From the NCBI GenBank assembly GCA_964535825.1, contig CAZHUC010000005.1:102229-166228 (forward strand): 64,000 nucleotides of DNA, read 5' to 3'. Shown here piece after piece: positions 29,019-38,261 of the stretch. Each line of letters begins with the position of its first letter. Position 1 is the first letter of the stretch. The notes beneath the pieces were generated by a model that saw only the letters and a list, made by a program, of their open reading frames with translations, was not told the origin of the DNA and did not search any database. The position numbers and the translations under genes are program-made. Source of the stretch: an uncultured Rickettsiales bacterium. Lineage in GTDB: Bacteria; Pseudomonadota; Alphaproteobacteria; Rickettsiales; SXRF01.

Positions 29019-30407
29019 ATGGCCAAATCCACAACCCAATATACCTGCCAGTCATGCGGCGCGATCCACCCTAAATGGGCGGGTAAATGCGAAGATTGTG
29101 GTGAATGGAACACGCTGGTGGAAGAAGCCGGAAACGAGACCACCCCAAAAGGCCTAACCAGCGGAAAAGGCAAAAGAATTGAATTATCCACGCTGGATGC
29201 CAGCACCCCCGATGCCGCCCGCCAGCTCACCGGTATCGGTGAACTCGACCGCGTGCTGGGCGGTGGGCTGGTGGCAGGCAGTGCCATACTTATCGGCGGC
29301 GACCCGGGCATCGGGAAATCGACCATCTTGCTGCAAACAGTGGTGGCGGCCGCCAAGGCAGGTATCTCATGTGCCTATATTTCTGGCGAGGAATCTGTGG
29401 CGCAAATATCTTTACGCGCTAAACGCCTTGGCCTTGCCACACCACAGGTAAAACTCGCCTCGGCCACATCGGTGCGCGACATTGTATCAACACTGGACAG
29501 TGTGGATGTCCCCTCCCTTGTGGTCATTGATTCGGTGCAGACCATGTATCTTGATAACCTCGACGCCGCACCGGGCACGGTTTCCCAGGTTCGCGCAGCA
29601 AGTCATGAGCTTATCAAGCTCGCCAAGAAACGTGGCATCACTCTGTTTCTCGTGGGTCATGTCACCAAAGATGGCCAGATCGCAGGTCCACGCGTGCTGG
29701 AGCATATGGTGGATACGGTACTGTATTTCGAAGGCGAACGCGGCCACCAGTTCCGCATATTGCGCTCGGTTAAGAACCGCTTCGGTGGCACAGATGAGAT
29801 CGGCGTCTTCGAAATGACCGATATGGGCCTGAAAGAGGTCACTAATCCGTCTTCGTTGTTTTTGTCCTCGCGTGAACACGCCATTAGCGGCGCGTGCGTA
29901 TTCGCCGGCATGGAAGGCTCGCGCCCCCTGCTGGTTGAGGTGCAGGCACTGGTCTCTCCTTCTTATATGAGCTCACCACGCCGTGCAGTGGTCGGGTGGG
30001 ATTCCAACCGGCTTGCCATGGTGCTGGCCGTGCTTGAAACCCGGGCCAATATCCGTTTTTCAGACAAAGAGGTGTATTTAAGCGTGGCAGGTGGCATTAA
30101 AGTCTCTGAGCCCGCTGCCGATATGGCCGTGGCTGCTGCACTCATCTCTGCATTATATGATGTACCGCTGCCAGAGGCCTGCGTGATGTTCGGCGAGATT
30201 GGCCTCTCGGGCGAGATACGCGCCGTAAGTCGCGCGGATGCTCGCCTTAAGGAAGCAGAAAAACTTGGGTTTCTGACCGCACATATCCCTAAATCCACTG
30301 CATTTAAGGGTTTGACCCTTGGCGTAAAACATGTAGATAGTGTATCCGCTTTGGCGCGAGAACTGTTTGGTTCTGGCGCGGTGAAGAAAAAAGCCATTCC
30401 AGCATGA
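29019..30407 (+). CDS. radA: DNA repair protein RadA
   Basis: Zinc finger CQSCG..C..CGEWN, Walker A GDPGIGKST, KNRFG, and a Lon-like C-terminal domain. Confidence 0.95.
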   Translation: MAKSTTQYTCQSCGAIHPKWAGKCEDCGEWNTLVEEAGNETTPKGLTSGKGKRIELSTLDASTPDAARQLTGIGELDRVLGGGLVAGSAILIGGDPGIGKSTILLQTVVAAAKAGISCAYISGEESVAQISLRAKRLGLATPQVKLASATSVRDIVSTLDSVDVPSLVVIDSVQTMYLDNLDAAPGTVSQVRAASHELIKLAKKRGITLFLVGHVTKDGQIAGPRVLEHMVDTVLYFEGERGHQFRILRSVKNRFGGTDEIGVFEMTDMGLKEVTNPSSLFLSSREHAISGACVFAGMEGSRPLLVEVQALVSPSYMSSPRRAVVGWDSNRLAMVLAVLETRANIRFSDKEVYLSVAGGIKVSEPAADMAVAAALISALYDVPLPEACVMFGEIGLSGEIRAVSRADARLKEAEKLGFLTAHIPKSTAFKGLTLGVKHVDSVSALARELFGSGAVKKKAIPA

Positions 30408-30417
30408 GGCATGCGAT

Positions 30418-31047
30418 ATGATTGAAACCAACCTCAATGTGTTTGATATAGTTGTTCTGGCCATTATCGGGTTTTCCTGCCTGTTCGCGTTCTTCCGCGG
30501 ACTGGTGCGAGAGATACTGTCATTGGTCGCATGGGTGGGCGCGGCGATCGTCACCATGCATTATTTCCCGCATGCCATGGAATTTACCAAAACCCATTTC
30601 AAGAGCGAGGCCATGGCCGTAGGCGCTGCCGTTATCGGCCTTTATATTGCGGCACTGTTTGCCTTTGGTATCGTGAACTGGCTGATCATCAAGGTTATCA
30701 AACAAGGCGGTGAAGCGGGCATGCTCGATAACATGCTTGGCCTTGGCTTTGGCGCGCTGCGTGGTGCATTTATCGTATCGCTAGGCTTTTTCATGCTCAC
30801 CATCGTTATGCCAAAAGATGAAGAAGATATGCCGAAATGGCTGAAGGAATCCATCACCCGTCCGTATGTTGCCAAAGGCACTGCGATTCTGGTAAGCACT
30901 GCACCAGATTATTTACGCGATGTTTCTGCGTTGCAGAAAAACGCGGAAAAATATGTAAGAGAGCAGAAATCGTCTGCTGAAGAAGAAGAGAACGAAGCAG
31001 AACGTGAATTTGAACGCATGATGGAAAAGGGTCAGCCCGCACGATGA
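30418..31047 (+). CDS. cvpA: CvpA-family membrane protein
   Basis: Four TM helices and an acidic C-terminal tail. Conserved radA-cvpA-purF order. ATGA overlap with purF. Confidence 0.8.
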   Translation: MIETNLNVFDIVVLAIIGFSCLFAFFRGLVREILSLVAWVGAAIVTMHYFPHAMEFTKTHFKSEAMAVGAAVIGLYIAALFAFGIVNWLIIKVIKQGGEAGMLDNMLGLGFGALRGAFIVSLGFFMLTIVMPKDEEDMPKWLKESITRPYVAKGTAILVSTAPDYLRDVSALQKNAEKYVREQKSSAEEEENEAEREFERMMEKGQPAR

Positions 31048-32486
31048 GCACACCGTTTGATGATGATAAGTTACGCGAAGAATGTGGTATCTTTGGTATC
31101 ACCGGACATGCCGATGCCTCGGCACTCACTGCACTCGGATTGCACGCACTTCAACATCGCGGACAGGAAGCGGCCGGCATCGTAAGCTGCGATGGCGCAC
31201 AGTTTTATACCCACCGTGCACTCGGCCTTGTTGGCGATAATTTCAACTCTGCCGATATTATCAATAAGCTGAAAGGCCACATGGCCATCGGCCATAATCG
31301 TTACTCCACCACAGGCGATACATTGCTGCGTAACGTGCAGCCTTTATATGGCGATTTCTCATTCGGCGGCCTTGCGGTTGCCCATAACGGCAACCTCACC
31401 AACGCCATGACGCTGCGCAAACAGCTGATCGATGTGGGCTGCCTGTTCCAATCCACCTCTGACACGGAAGTCATCGTGCATCTTATCGCACTTTCCAAAC
31501 AAAGCTCGATCGAAGACAGGCTGTATGATGCACTTTCCCGCGTCGAAGGCGCATATTCGCTCGTGGTGCTTTGTAATGATCGCCTGATCGGTGTGCGTGA
31601 CCCGCTGGGCGTACGTCCGCTGGTGCTTGGCAAGCTGGGTGATTCCATGCTGCTTGCTTCTGAGACCTGCGCATTCGATATCGTTGGTGCAGAATATGTG
31701 CGCGATATTGAACCTGGTGAAATGGTGGTGATCACACCGCAAGGCATAAGATCATTGAAGCCGTTTGCAAAAACACAGCGCCGCTTCTGCATTTTCGAAT
31801 ATGTATATTTTGCGCGCCCTGATTCCATCGCTGAAGGACAGAACGTATACGAAACGCGCCAGCGTATCGGCGCAGAACTGGCGCGTGAAGCAGGCATCCC
31901 TGCTGATGTGGTCGTGCCTGTGCCGGATTCCGGTATTCCTGCCGCACTGGGTTATGCGAAGGCATCAAAAATTCCGTTCGAGCTTGGTATCATCCGCAAT
32001 CATTATGTGGGGCGTACCTTCATCGAACCGTCCGATCATGTGCGCCATCTCGGCGTGAAGCTTAAACATAATGGCAACCGTGCCGTGCTGGAAGGCAAGC
32101 GCGTTATATTAGTCGATGACTCTATCGTTCGCGGCACAACGTCGAAGAAGATCGTCAGCATGGTGCGCGAAGCAGGTGCAAAAGAAGTGCATATGCGTAT
32201 CGCGAGCCCTCCCACAACCCATTCATGCTTCTACGGTGTGGATACTCCCACGCGTGACCAGCTAATGGCCGCTAAACATGATGTGCGTGAGATGGCACGC
32301 CTCATTGGCGCAGACAGCCTTGCGTTCGTATCGCTTGATGGCATGTATAAGGCCGTGTCCGGCAAAAGCCGCGATGCAAATACCCCGCAATTCTGCGATG
32401 CCTGCTTCTCAGGCGAATACCCGATCCCACTCACTGATTTTGAACAAGCCGACGCCGGTAAAAAAGATCTGTTCTCTGAAGTCTGA
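31044..32486 (+). CDS. purF: Amidophosphoribosyltransferase
   Basis: Ntn-Cys context EECGIFGI, PRTase motif VILVDDSIVRGTT, and Fe-S Cys ligands near the C-terminus. Confidence 0.95.
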   Translation: MSTPFDDDKLREECGIFGITGHADASALTALGLHALQHRGQEAAGIVSCDGAQFYTHRALGLVGDNFNSADIINKLKGHMAIGHNRYSTTGDTLLRNVQPLYGDFSFGGLAVAHNGNLTNAMTLRKQLIDVGCLFQSTSDTEVIVHLIALSKQSSIEDRLYDALSRVEGAYSLVVLCNDRLIGVRDPLGVRPLVLGKLGDSMLLASETCAFDIVGAEYVRDIEPGEMVVITPQGIRSLKPFAKTQRRFCIFEYVYFARPDSIAEGQNVYETRQRIGAELAREAGIPADVVVPVPDSGIPAALGYAKASKIPFELGIIRNHYVGRTFIEPSDHVRHLGVKLKHNGNRAVLEGKRVILVDDSIVRGTTSKKIVSMVREAGAKEVHMRIASPPTTHSCFYGVDTPTRDQLMAAKHDVREMARLIGADSLAFVSLDGMYKAVSGKSRDANTPQFCDACFSGEYPIPLTDFEQADAGKKDLFSEV

Positions 32487-32489
32487 TTC

Positions 32490-33197
32490 ATGACCAGCTT
32501 ATTACATAATCGTATCGCACTGGTTACGGGTGCATCACGTGGCATTGGCGCGGCGGTAGCCAAACGCTTTGCATCTGAAGGCGCGCATGTGATCCTTGCC
32601 GCCCGCAATGTAGCAGGGCTGGAAGAAACCGATGATGCGATACGCGCGGCCGGTGGCAATGCCACACTGGTGCAGCTGGATATCACCAAACCTGACCAGA
32701 TCGAGATACTTGCAAAGCAAACGGCACAACGCTTTGGCAAGCTGGATATTCTGGTGGGCAATGCCGGTATACTGGGCGAGCTCTCCCCCATCGCGCATAC
32801 CACACCGGAACATTGGGACAGGGTGATGAATACGAACCTCACCGCCAACTTCCATCTAATGCGCCATTTTGATCCATTACTGTTATGCTCGGATGCGCCA
32901 CGCGTAATGTTCGTTACCTCGGGTGTTGGCTCGCATGTGCGCGCTTACTGGGGCGCATATGCCGTAAGCAAAGCAGCCCTTGAGATGATGACACGGCTCT
33001 ATGCGGCCGAGAACGAAAACTCAAAACTCAAAGTGAACATCATCAATCCCGGGCAGGTGCGCACGCATATGAACGCACAGGCCTTTCCTGGCGCAGATCC
33101 GATGACACGGCCCGAGGCAGACAGCATCACAGATATATTCGTGACGCTTGCAAGCCCTGCCTGCACCGCGAATGGCGAAATGTTCAACGCGCAGTGA
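32490..33197 (+). CDS. Short-chain dehydrogenase/reductase
   Basis: TGASRGIG, NAG, YAVSKAA. Confidence 0.85.
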   Translation: MTSLLHNRIALVTGASRGIGAAVAKRFASEGAHVILAARNVAGLEETDDAIRAAGGNATLVQLDITKPDQIEILAKQTAQRFGKLDILVGNAGILGELSPIAHTTPEHWDRVMNTNLTANFHLMRHFDPLLLCSDAPRVMFVTSGVGSHVRAYWGAYAVSKAALEMMTRLYAAENENSKLKVNIINPGQVRTHMNAQAFPGADPMTRPEADSITDIFVTLASPACTANGEMFNAQ

Positions 33198-33237
33198 TGC
33201 ATTGTTTTTCCACAATAAACATGATAGTTATTCGTGT

Positions 33238-33936
33238 ATGGAAACATTGATATTCGCCTTTACGCGCGCACTGCGTTCGCTATTCGCCCCTGGCATGATA
33301 CGAGTGTTCGTATACTCTGTGCTGCTTACCATTGTGGTGTTGTGCGCATTCTGGATGGGCGCAAGCAAAACACTGGTGTGGATGTTCGACCGGCCAGCAA
33401 CCGCACATCTGCCATTTGACATTACCGGCCTCATCATCATGGGCGCGACCGGTGTGCTAGCGTGGTTCTTATTCCCCGGCATCATGCCCATCATCGTGAA
33501 TTTCTTTGATGACAAGATCGCAAACCTTATCGAACGCGCCGATTATCCGCATAGCCAGCCGATCGCCAATCCACCTTTCTGGCCAGAGTTCTGGCATGAC
33601 GCCAAGTTCTCACTCACGGTCATTGGCATTAACCTGCTGGTATTGCCGCTCTATCTCATCCCGGTCATCAACGCGATTCTGTTTTACTGGCTGAACGGTT
33701 ATCTGCTCGGCAAGGAATTCTTCATCATGACCGCGCGCCGGCACATCCCGCTTGTGGAAGCTAAGAAGCTATGGAACACGAAGAGCCGCCTCATCACGGT
33801 TGCCGGCATCGCGCTTACCTTCATGGCAACGCTGCCAGTGCTCAACCTGTTCGCACCCTTCTGGGGCATTGCAGTGATGACGCATATCTACCACCGCAGT
33901 AAACAGGGCGCAGAGATATTGCCGCCGTATCGGTAA
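33238..33936 (+). CDS. EI24/CysZ-like membrane protein
   Basis: Four or more TM helices and the family-like pattern (LPLYLIPVINAILFYWLNGYLLGKEFF). Start trimmed to METLIFAF (ATG 33238 checked). Confidence 0.55.
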   Translation: METLIFAFTRALRSLFAPGMIRVFVYSVLLTIVVLCAFWMGASKTLVWMFDRPATAHLPFDITGLIIMGATGVLAWFLFPGIMPIIVNFFDDKIANLIERADYPHSQPIANPPFWPEFWHDAKFSLTVIGINLLVLPLYLIPVINAILFYWLNGYLLGKEFFIMTARRHIPLVEAKKLWNTKSRLITVAGIALTFMATLPVLNLFAPFWGIAVMTHIYHRSKQGAEILPPYR

Positions 33937-35160
33937 TTACGCCGCCTTCTTCATGCGTTCGCGCAGGCCTTCATCGAGCTTATCTAAGAACTGCGTGGTG
34001 GTAAGCCATTTTTGATCCTTGCCGATAAGTGCGGCGAGGTCTTTGGTCATGAAGCCTGCTTCCACCGTATCCACGCATACTTTCTCGAGCAACTCGGCGA
34101 AGGCTTTTACATCCGGCGTGTTGTCGAATTTTGCGCGGTAGGAAAGCCCACGCGTCCACGCAAAGATGGATGCGATCGGGTTGGTAGAGGTTTCCTTGCC
34201 TTTCTGGTGTTCGCGGTAATGGCGTGTCACTGTACCATGCGCAGCTTCCGCTTCAATCGTGTTGCCATCCGGTGTCATCAGCACGGAGGTCATAAGGCCC
34301 AGTGAACCAAACCCCTGCGCCACCGTGTCAGATTGCACGTCGCCATCGTAATTCTTACAGGCCCATACGAATCCACCCGACCACTTTAGCGCCATCGCCA
34401 CCATGTCATCGATCAGGCGGTGCTCATAGGTGAGCTTTGCTTTTTCAAACTGCGTTTTGAATTCCTTGTCGTACACTTCCTGGAAGATGTCCTTGAAGCG
34501 GCCATCATAGACTTTGAGGATGGTGTTCTTGGTAGACAGGAATACCGGGTAATTGCGCATCAGCCCATAATTCAGGCAAGCGCGCGCGAACCCGCGAATG
34601 GATTCATCGAGGTTGTACATGCCCATCGCCACCCCTGCGTTCTTGAATTCAAACACATCATGGGTGATAGGCGCGCCGCCATCCTTTGGTGTAAAGGTCA
34701 TGGTGAGTTTACCTGCACCCGGAATTTCGAAATCGGTGGCGCGGTATTGATCACCGAACGCATGACGGCCAATGACGATTGGCTGCGTCCAGCCCGGCAC
34801 CAGGCGCGGCACGTTCTTGCAGATGATGGGTTCACGGAACACCGTGCCATCGAGAATGTTGCGGATCGTACCATTCGGTGATTTCCACATCTTCTTGAGC
34901 TTAAATTCTTCCACACGCGCTTCATCCGGCGTAATGGTCGCGCATTTCACGCCCACGCCATATTTCTTGATGGCCTCACCCGCTTCGATGGTGATCTTGT
35001 CTTCGGTTTCATCGCGCTTCTGGACAGAAAGATCATAATATTTCAGATCCACATCCAGATATGGCAAAATGAGTTTATCCTTGATGAACGCCCAGATGAT
35101 GCGGGTCATTTCATCGCCGTCGATCTCGACGATGGGGGTCTTTACTTTAATTTTAGCCAT
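33937..35160 (-). CDS. icd: NADP-dependent isocitrate dehydrogenase (about 405-aa eukaryote-like type)
   Basis: [39 protein letters not shown]. Confidence 0.95.
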   Translation of the reverse strand: MAKIKVKTPIVEIDGDEMTRIIWAFIKDKLILPYLDVDLKYYDLSVQKRDETEDKITIEAGEAIKKYGVGVKCATITPDEARVEEFKLKKMWKSPNGTIRNILDGTVFREPIICKNVPRLVPGWTQPIVIGRHAFGDQYRATDFEIPGAGKLTMTFTPKDGGAPITHDVFEFKNAGVAMGMYNLDESIRGFARACLNYGLMRNYPVFLSTKNTILKVYDGRFKDIFQEVYDKEFKTQFEKAKLTYEHRLIDDMVAMALKWSGGFVWACKNYDGDVQSDTVAQGFGSLGLMTSVLMTPDGNTIEAEAAHGTVTRHYREHQKGKETSTNPIASIFAWTRGLSYRAKFDNTPDVKAFAELLEKVCVDTVEAGFMTKDLAALIGKDQKWLTTTQFLDKLDEGLRERMKKAA

Positions 35161-35220
35161 AGTTTCTCCTGTTTTCTTGCACCCAACATAAAGCCTGCGG
35201 ACAAAAATGCAATGCCCAGA

Positions 35221-36642
35221 CTACCTGCCAGCGCGGCTAATGCGAACCATCAATGGATGGCGCAATTTAAGGGAAATGCCCGGCTGCATGCAGTTTCCTG
35301 CTTTATTCAGTGCGACAACATCGAACCATGGGGCAAGCTTGGCAATGATGGTGCGTGCTTCCATATCCACAAAACTATGGCCGCTGCATTTGCGCGGCCC
35401 AAGCGAGAACGGGAAATATACGCCCGGATCTATTGCTTTTTCCGCATCCCCCATAAAACGCTCGGGAATGAAACTGTTAGGATCAGACCACCATTTCGGA
35501 TTACGATGCATGGCAATATGCGGAATGGTAATAACTGTTCCTGCAGGTACTTTGAGTTCACCGAAGGAATCATCTTCTATTGCTTGCCTGCCTGAAAGCC
35601 AGAATGGCGGATAGATCCGCATGGTCTCTTTTATGACCGCAGACAAGAAATTCATCTGCTGCAGCATCTCATAGGTAAGAGCCATACTATCCGGCTGAGC
35701 AAGGCATGGTGCATGACGTACCACATCCTCACGTAATTTTTGTTTGATATCTGTATGATCATCCAGCGCATACCATATCCACTGCATCATGATGGATGTG
35801 CTCTCGAATCCAGCAAATACCATGCTTACCGCATGATCGCGTATATCTTTGTCAGTAAAATATTCTGGATTTTCCTGCTGCGCTTTCATAAGCAATGCAA
35901 GAAAGTTCTTGGGATCATGCAGGCCTTGTTTCTTGTATCGGTCAACAAGTTGCAGAAGCTGTGCATCAATATAACGTACAGCATCCCGGAAGCGGAAATA
36001 AGACGGAAAACACAGATATTTGCGCAGGTCTATTTTGGGAAATACCCTTATATTTTTCAGGTAGTCGATAAGTACTGAATACGCGGCATGCAGGTCATGT
36101 ACCGTTTTGTCATCAATATCCTTCCCAAAGATAGACTTAAGTATGACCTCGGTGGTTATCCGTGCCATTTCTTCGGTAATGTTGATATCTGCGCTACCAT
36201 GCTCAGTGAGCTTCAGCCATTTGTTCTTGTATTTCTCGCTTACGTCATTCACCACATCGAAATAATCGTGGCTGATGCGCTCCCGGCTGAACATCGGCTG
36301 CACTTTAGGCCGATCCCTGCGCCATTTCTCGCCATTGCTGGTAAGAAGCCCAAGGCCAATGGCTGATTCAAACCGTATATAGGCATCGCTTTTCCTGTAA
36401 TTTTTATGATTATCAAGCAGAACATGCCTTACCAGATCAGGATGATTTAACAGCAAGGTACGCTGCCCCATGATCTTCACCGCGATGACATCACCATCCA
36501 GCCGTGAGTGTTCCATCACTGTGCCAAGACTATCGCGGATAATAGGAATAGCCAGCCCGATAAAAGGAAGGCCATTCAACTCAACAACCTTGTAGTTCTT
36601 GTGTGGTGCTGACATAGCCAAAAAATGACTGTTACGTATCAA
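35221..36642 (-). CDS. Cytochrome P450
   Basis: Heme loop FSLGPRKCSGHSF, ETMRIYPP (ExxR), FIPERF, and I-helix AGFESTS. The track start is TTG at 36642. An ATG alternative at 36615 (MSAPHK) is equally possible. Confidence 0.85.
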   Translation of the reverse strand: MIRNSHFLAMSAPHKNYKVVELNGLPFIGLAIPIIRDSLGTVMEHSRLDGDVIAVKIMGQRTLLLNHPDLVRHVLLDNHKNYRKSDAYIRFESAIGLGLLTSNGEKWRRDRPKVQPMFSRERISHDYFDVVNDVSEKYKNKWLKLTEHGSADINITEEMARITTEVILKSIFGKDIDDKTVHDLHAAYSVLIDYLKNIRVFPKIDLRKYLCFPSYFRFRDAVRYIDAQLLQLVDRYKKQGLHDPKNFLALLMKAQQENPEYFTDKDIRDHAVSMVFAGFESTSIMMQWIWYALDDHTDIKQKLREDVVRHAPCLAQPDSMALTYEMLQQMNFLSAVIKETMRIYPPFWLSGRQAIEDDSFGELKVPAGTVITIPHIAMHRNPKWWSDPNSFIPERFMGDAEKAIDPGVYFPFSLGPRKCSGHSFVDMEARTIIAKLAPWFDVVALNKAGNCMQPGISLKLRHPLMVRISRAGR

Positions 36643-36701
36643 TTAAACATGGTTATATGTTGTAATACATGTGTTTATAGCAACATGTGCAGGGGAAGTA
36701 A

Positions 36702-38255
36702 ATGAACCAGTCGCAAGCATGCGTCGAACGCTGGAAAACAGCGCTACCCGAAGGAAGGGTGTTGCCTGCCGAAAGACTTGCCGACTATCTGGATAATTGC
36801 CTCGGCATCAGCCGTTCTATTATCGCCGCCATACAGCCAATCAATGAAGCTGAAATAATCACCATTGTAGCTATCGCCCGCGAATTCCAGATACCTCTAT
36901 ATACGATCAGCACCGGTCACAACTGGGGATACGGAAGCAGCTTACCTGCAGCGGATAACTGCGCGATACTGGATCTCTCACGCATGAATAAGATATTGGC
37001 GATGGATGCCGAGCTTGGCCTTATTACCCTGGAGCCCGGCGTAACACAGCAACAGCTGTTTGATTATTTCAAGCAGGAGAAGCTGGGTTATTACGTACCC
37101 ACCACCGGCGCGGGCGGCACTGCAAGTATTGTGGGTAATGCACTGGAACGCGGGTTCGGTGTAGCCCCAATAGAAGATCATTTCCAAGCCATCACGTCCC
37201 TACGGGCTGTGTTACCTGATGGCACAATCTATGAATCACCGCTCGCCGCCATGGGCGCAAAACAGGCCGGTGTCTGGAAATGGGGGGTTGGCCCATATCT
37301 CGACGGTATGTTCAGCCAGTCCAATATGGGTATCGTAACATCTCTGCAGATCTCGCTGGCAAAAAAACCGGAACACACGGAATTATTTGTATTCACAATA
37401 AAAAAGAATCGCGCCGTAGAAGAGTTCATCCCTGCGGTAAGCAGCCTGCTAAGTGATGCGATCGGCGATGTTGGCAGCATCAAACTCTTCAACAGCGACT
37501 ATCAGCAACTACTCCCCGACACGAGTACCCGCAATGGATTACTACAGGATGCGCATTGGAAAGGGTTTGGAATATTCCGCTCCACGAACAGCATGGCTTC
37601 TGGCATGCGCAAGGAGATCGCTCGCCGTCTAAGACCATATTGCAGCCGTATCATTTTTACGAATGAGCGCAGATTGAAATTACTCAGGCAGTGCGCGGGT
37701 ATTATTCCTGGCGTAACAGGCCAGACCATTCGTACACAAATTGATCAGGGACAATATTTGCTGGACCTGGCGCACGGCATTCCACGTCCTGATGCCATGC
37801 GCATATTGTATCAACACATGCCGTTGCCTTCAGATATCGCTTCTGACCCCGTAAAGAACGGTATTGGGCTTATCTGGTATCCACCCATTATTCCATTGAA
37901 GACAGAGCATGTTAAAAATCTGGTAGATATGACGCACGATATACTTACCAAACATGGCTTTCCTGCAGCCATATTATTTACCACCGCCAATGATAAATGT
38001 GCTATCGGCGCAATACCTATCATTTATAAAAAGCCACAGGATGCGGAGAAAGCCATGCGCTGCTATGACGAGTTGGTAAAACAAGGCATCGCGATCGGAT
38101 GTCCACCTTACCGGCTTAATGTGCAGGCCATGCAGCATCTTTCGTCATATGCAGGCACAGGATATTGGAAGACGGTGGCCAATATCAAAGCTGCTATCGA
38201 CCAGCAGCATGTATTATCCCCCGGTCGCTACGAGGCGATCAAGCGCTGGCTGTAG
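36702..38255 (+). CDS. FAD-linked oxidase (PCMH/VAO-type FAD_binding_4 fold)
   Basis: 517 aa. N-terminal FAD-binding region: IVAIAREFQIPLYTISTGHNWGYGS, LDLSRMNKIL, ITLEPGVTQQQL. Confidence 0.75.
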   Translation: MNQSQACVERWKTALPEGRVLPAERLADYLDNCLGISRSIIAAIQPINEAEIITIVAIAREFQIPLYTISTGHNWGYGSSLPAADNCAILDLSRMNKILAMDAELGLITLEPGVTQQQLFDYFKQEKLGYYVPTTGAGGTASIVGNALERGFGVAPIEDHFQAITSLRAVLPDGTIYESPLAAMGAKQAGVWKWGVGPYLDGMFSQSNMGIVTSLQISLAKKPEHTELFVFTIKKNRAVEEFIPAVSSLLSDAIGDVGSIKLFNSDYQQLLPDTSTRNGLLQDAHWKGFGIFRSTNSMASGMRKEIARRLRPYCSRIIFTNERRLKLLRQCAGIIPGVTGQTIRTQIDQGQYLLDLAHGIPRPDAMRILYQHMPLPSDIASDPVKNGIGLIWYPPIIPLKTEHVKNLVDMTHDILTKHGFPAAILFTTANDKCAIGAIPIIYKKPQDAEKAMRCYDELVKQGIAIGCPPYRLNVQAMQHLSSYAGTGYWKTVANIKAAIDQQHVLSPGRYEAIKRWL

Positions 38256-38261
38256 AATTTA

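Noticed and set aside
35161-35220. Integrase gene or direct repeat of the tRNA-Ile 3' end marking a classical integrated genomic island (35.2-44.9 kb)
   Set aside because: No integrase or recombinase ORF is present in the island. I could not find a copy of the tRNA 3' segment (GGTTCAACTCC...CCA) near the icd-proximal boundary. The island status rests only on gene content, position and apparent composition.
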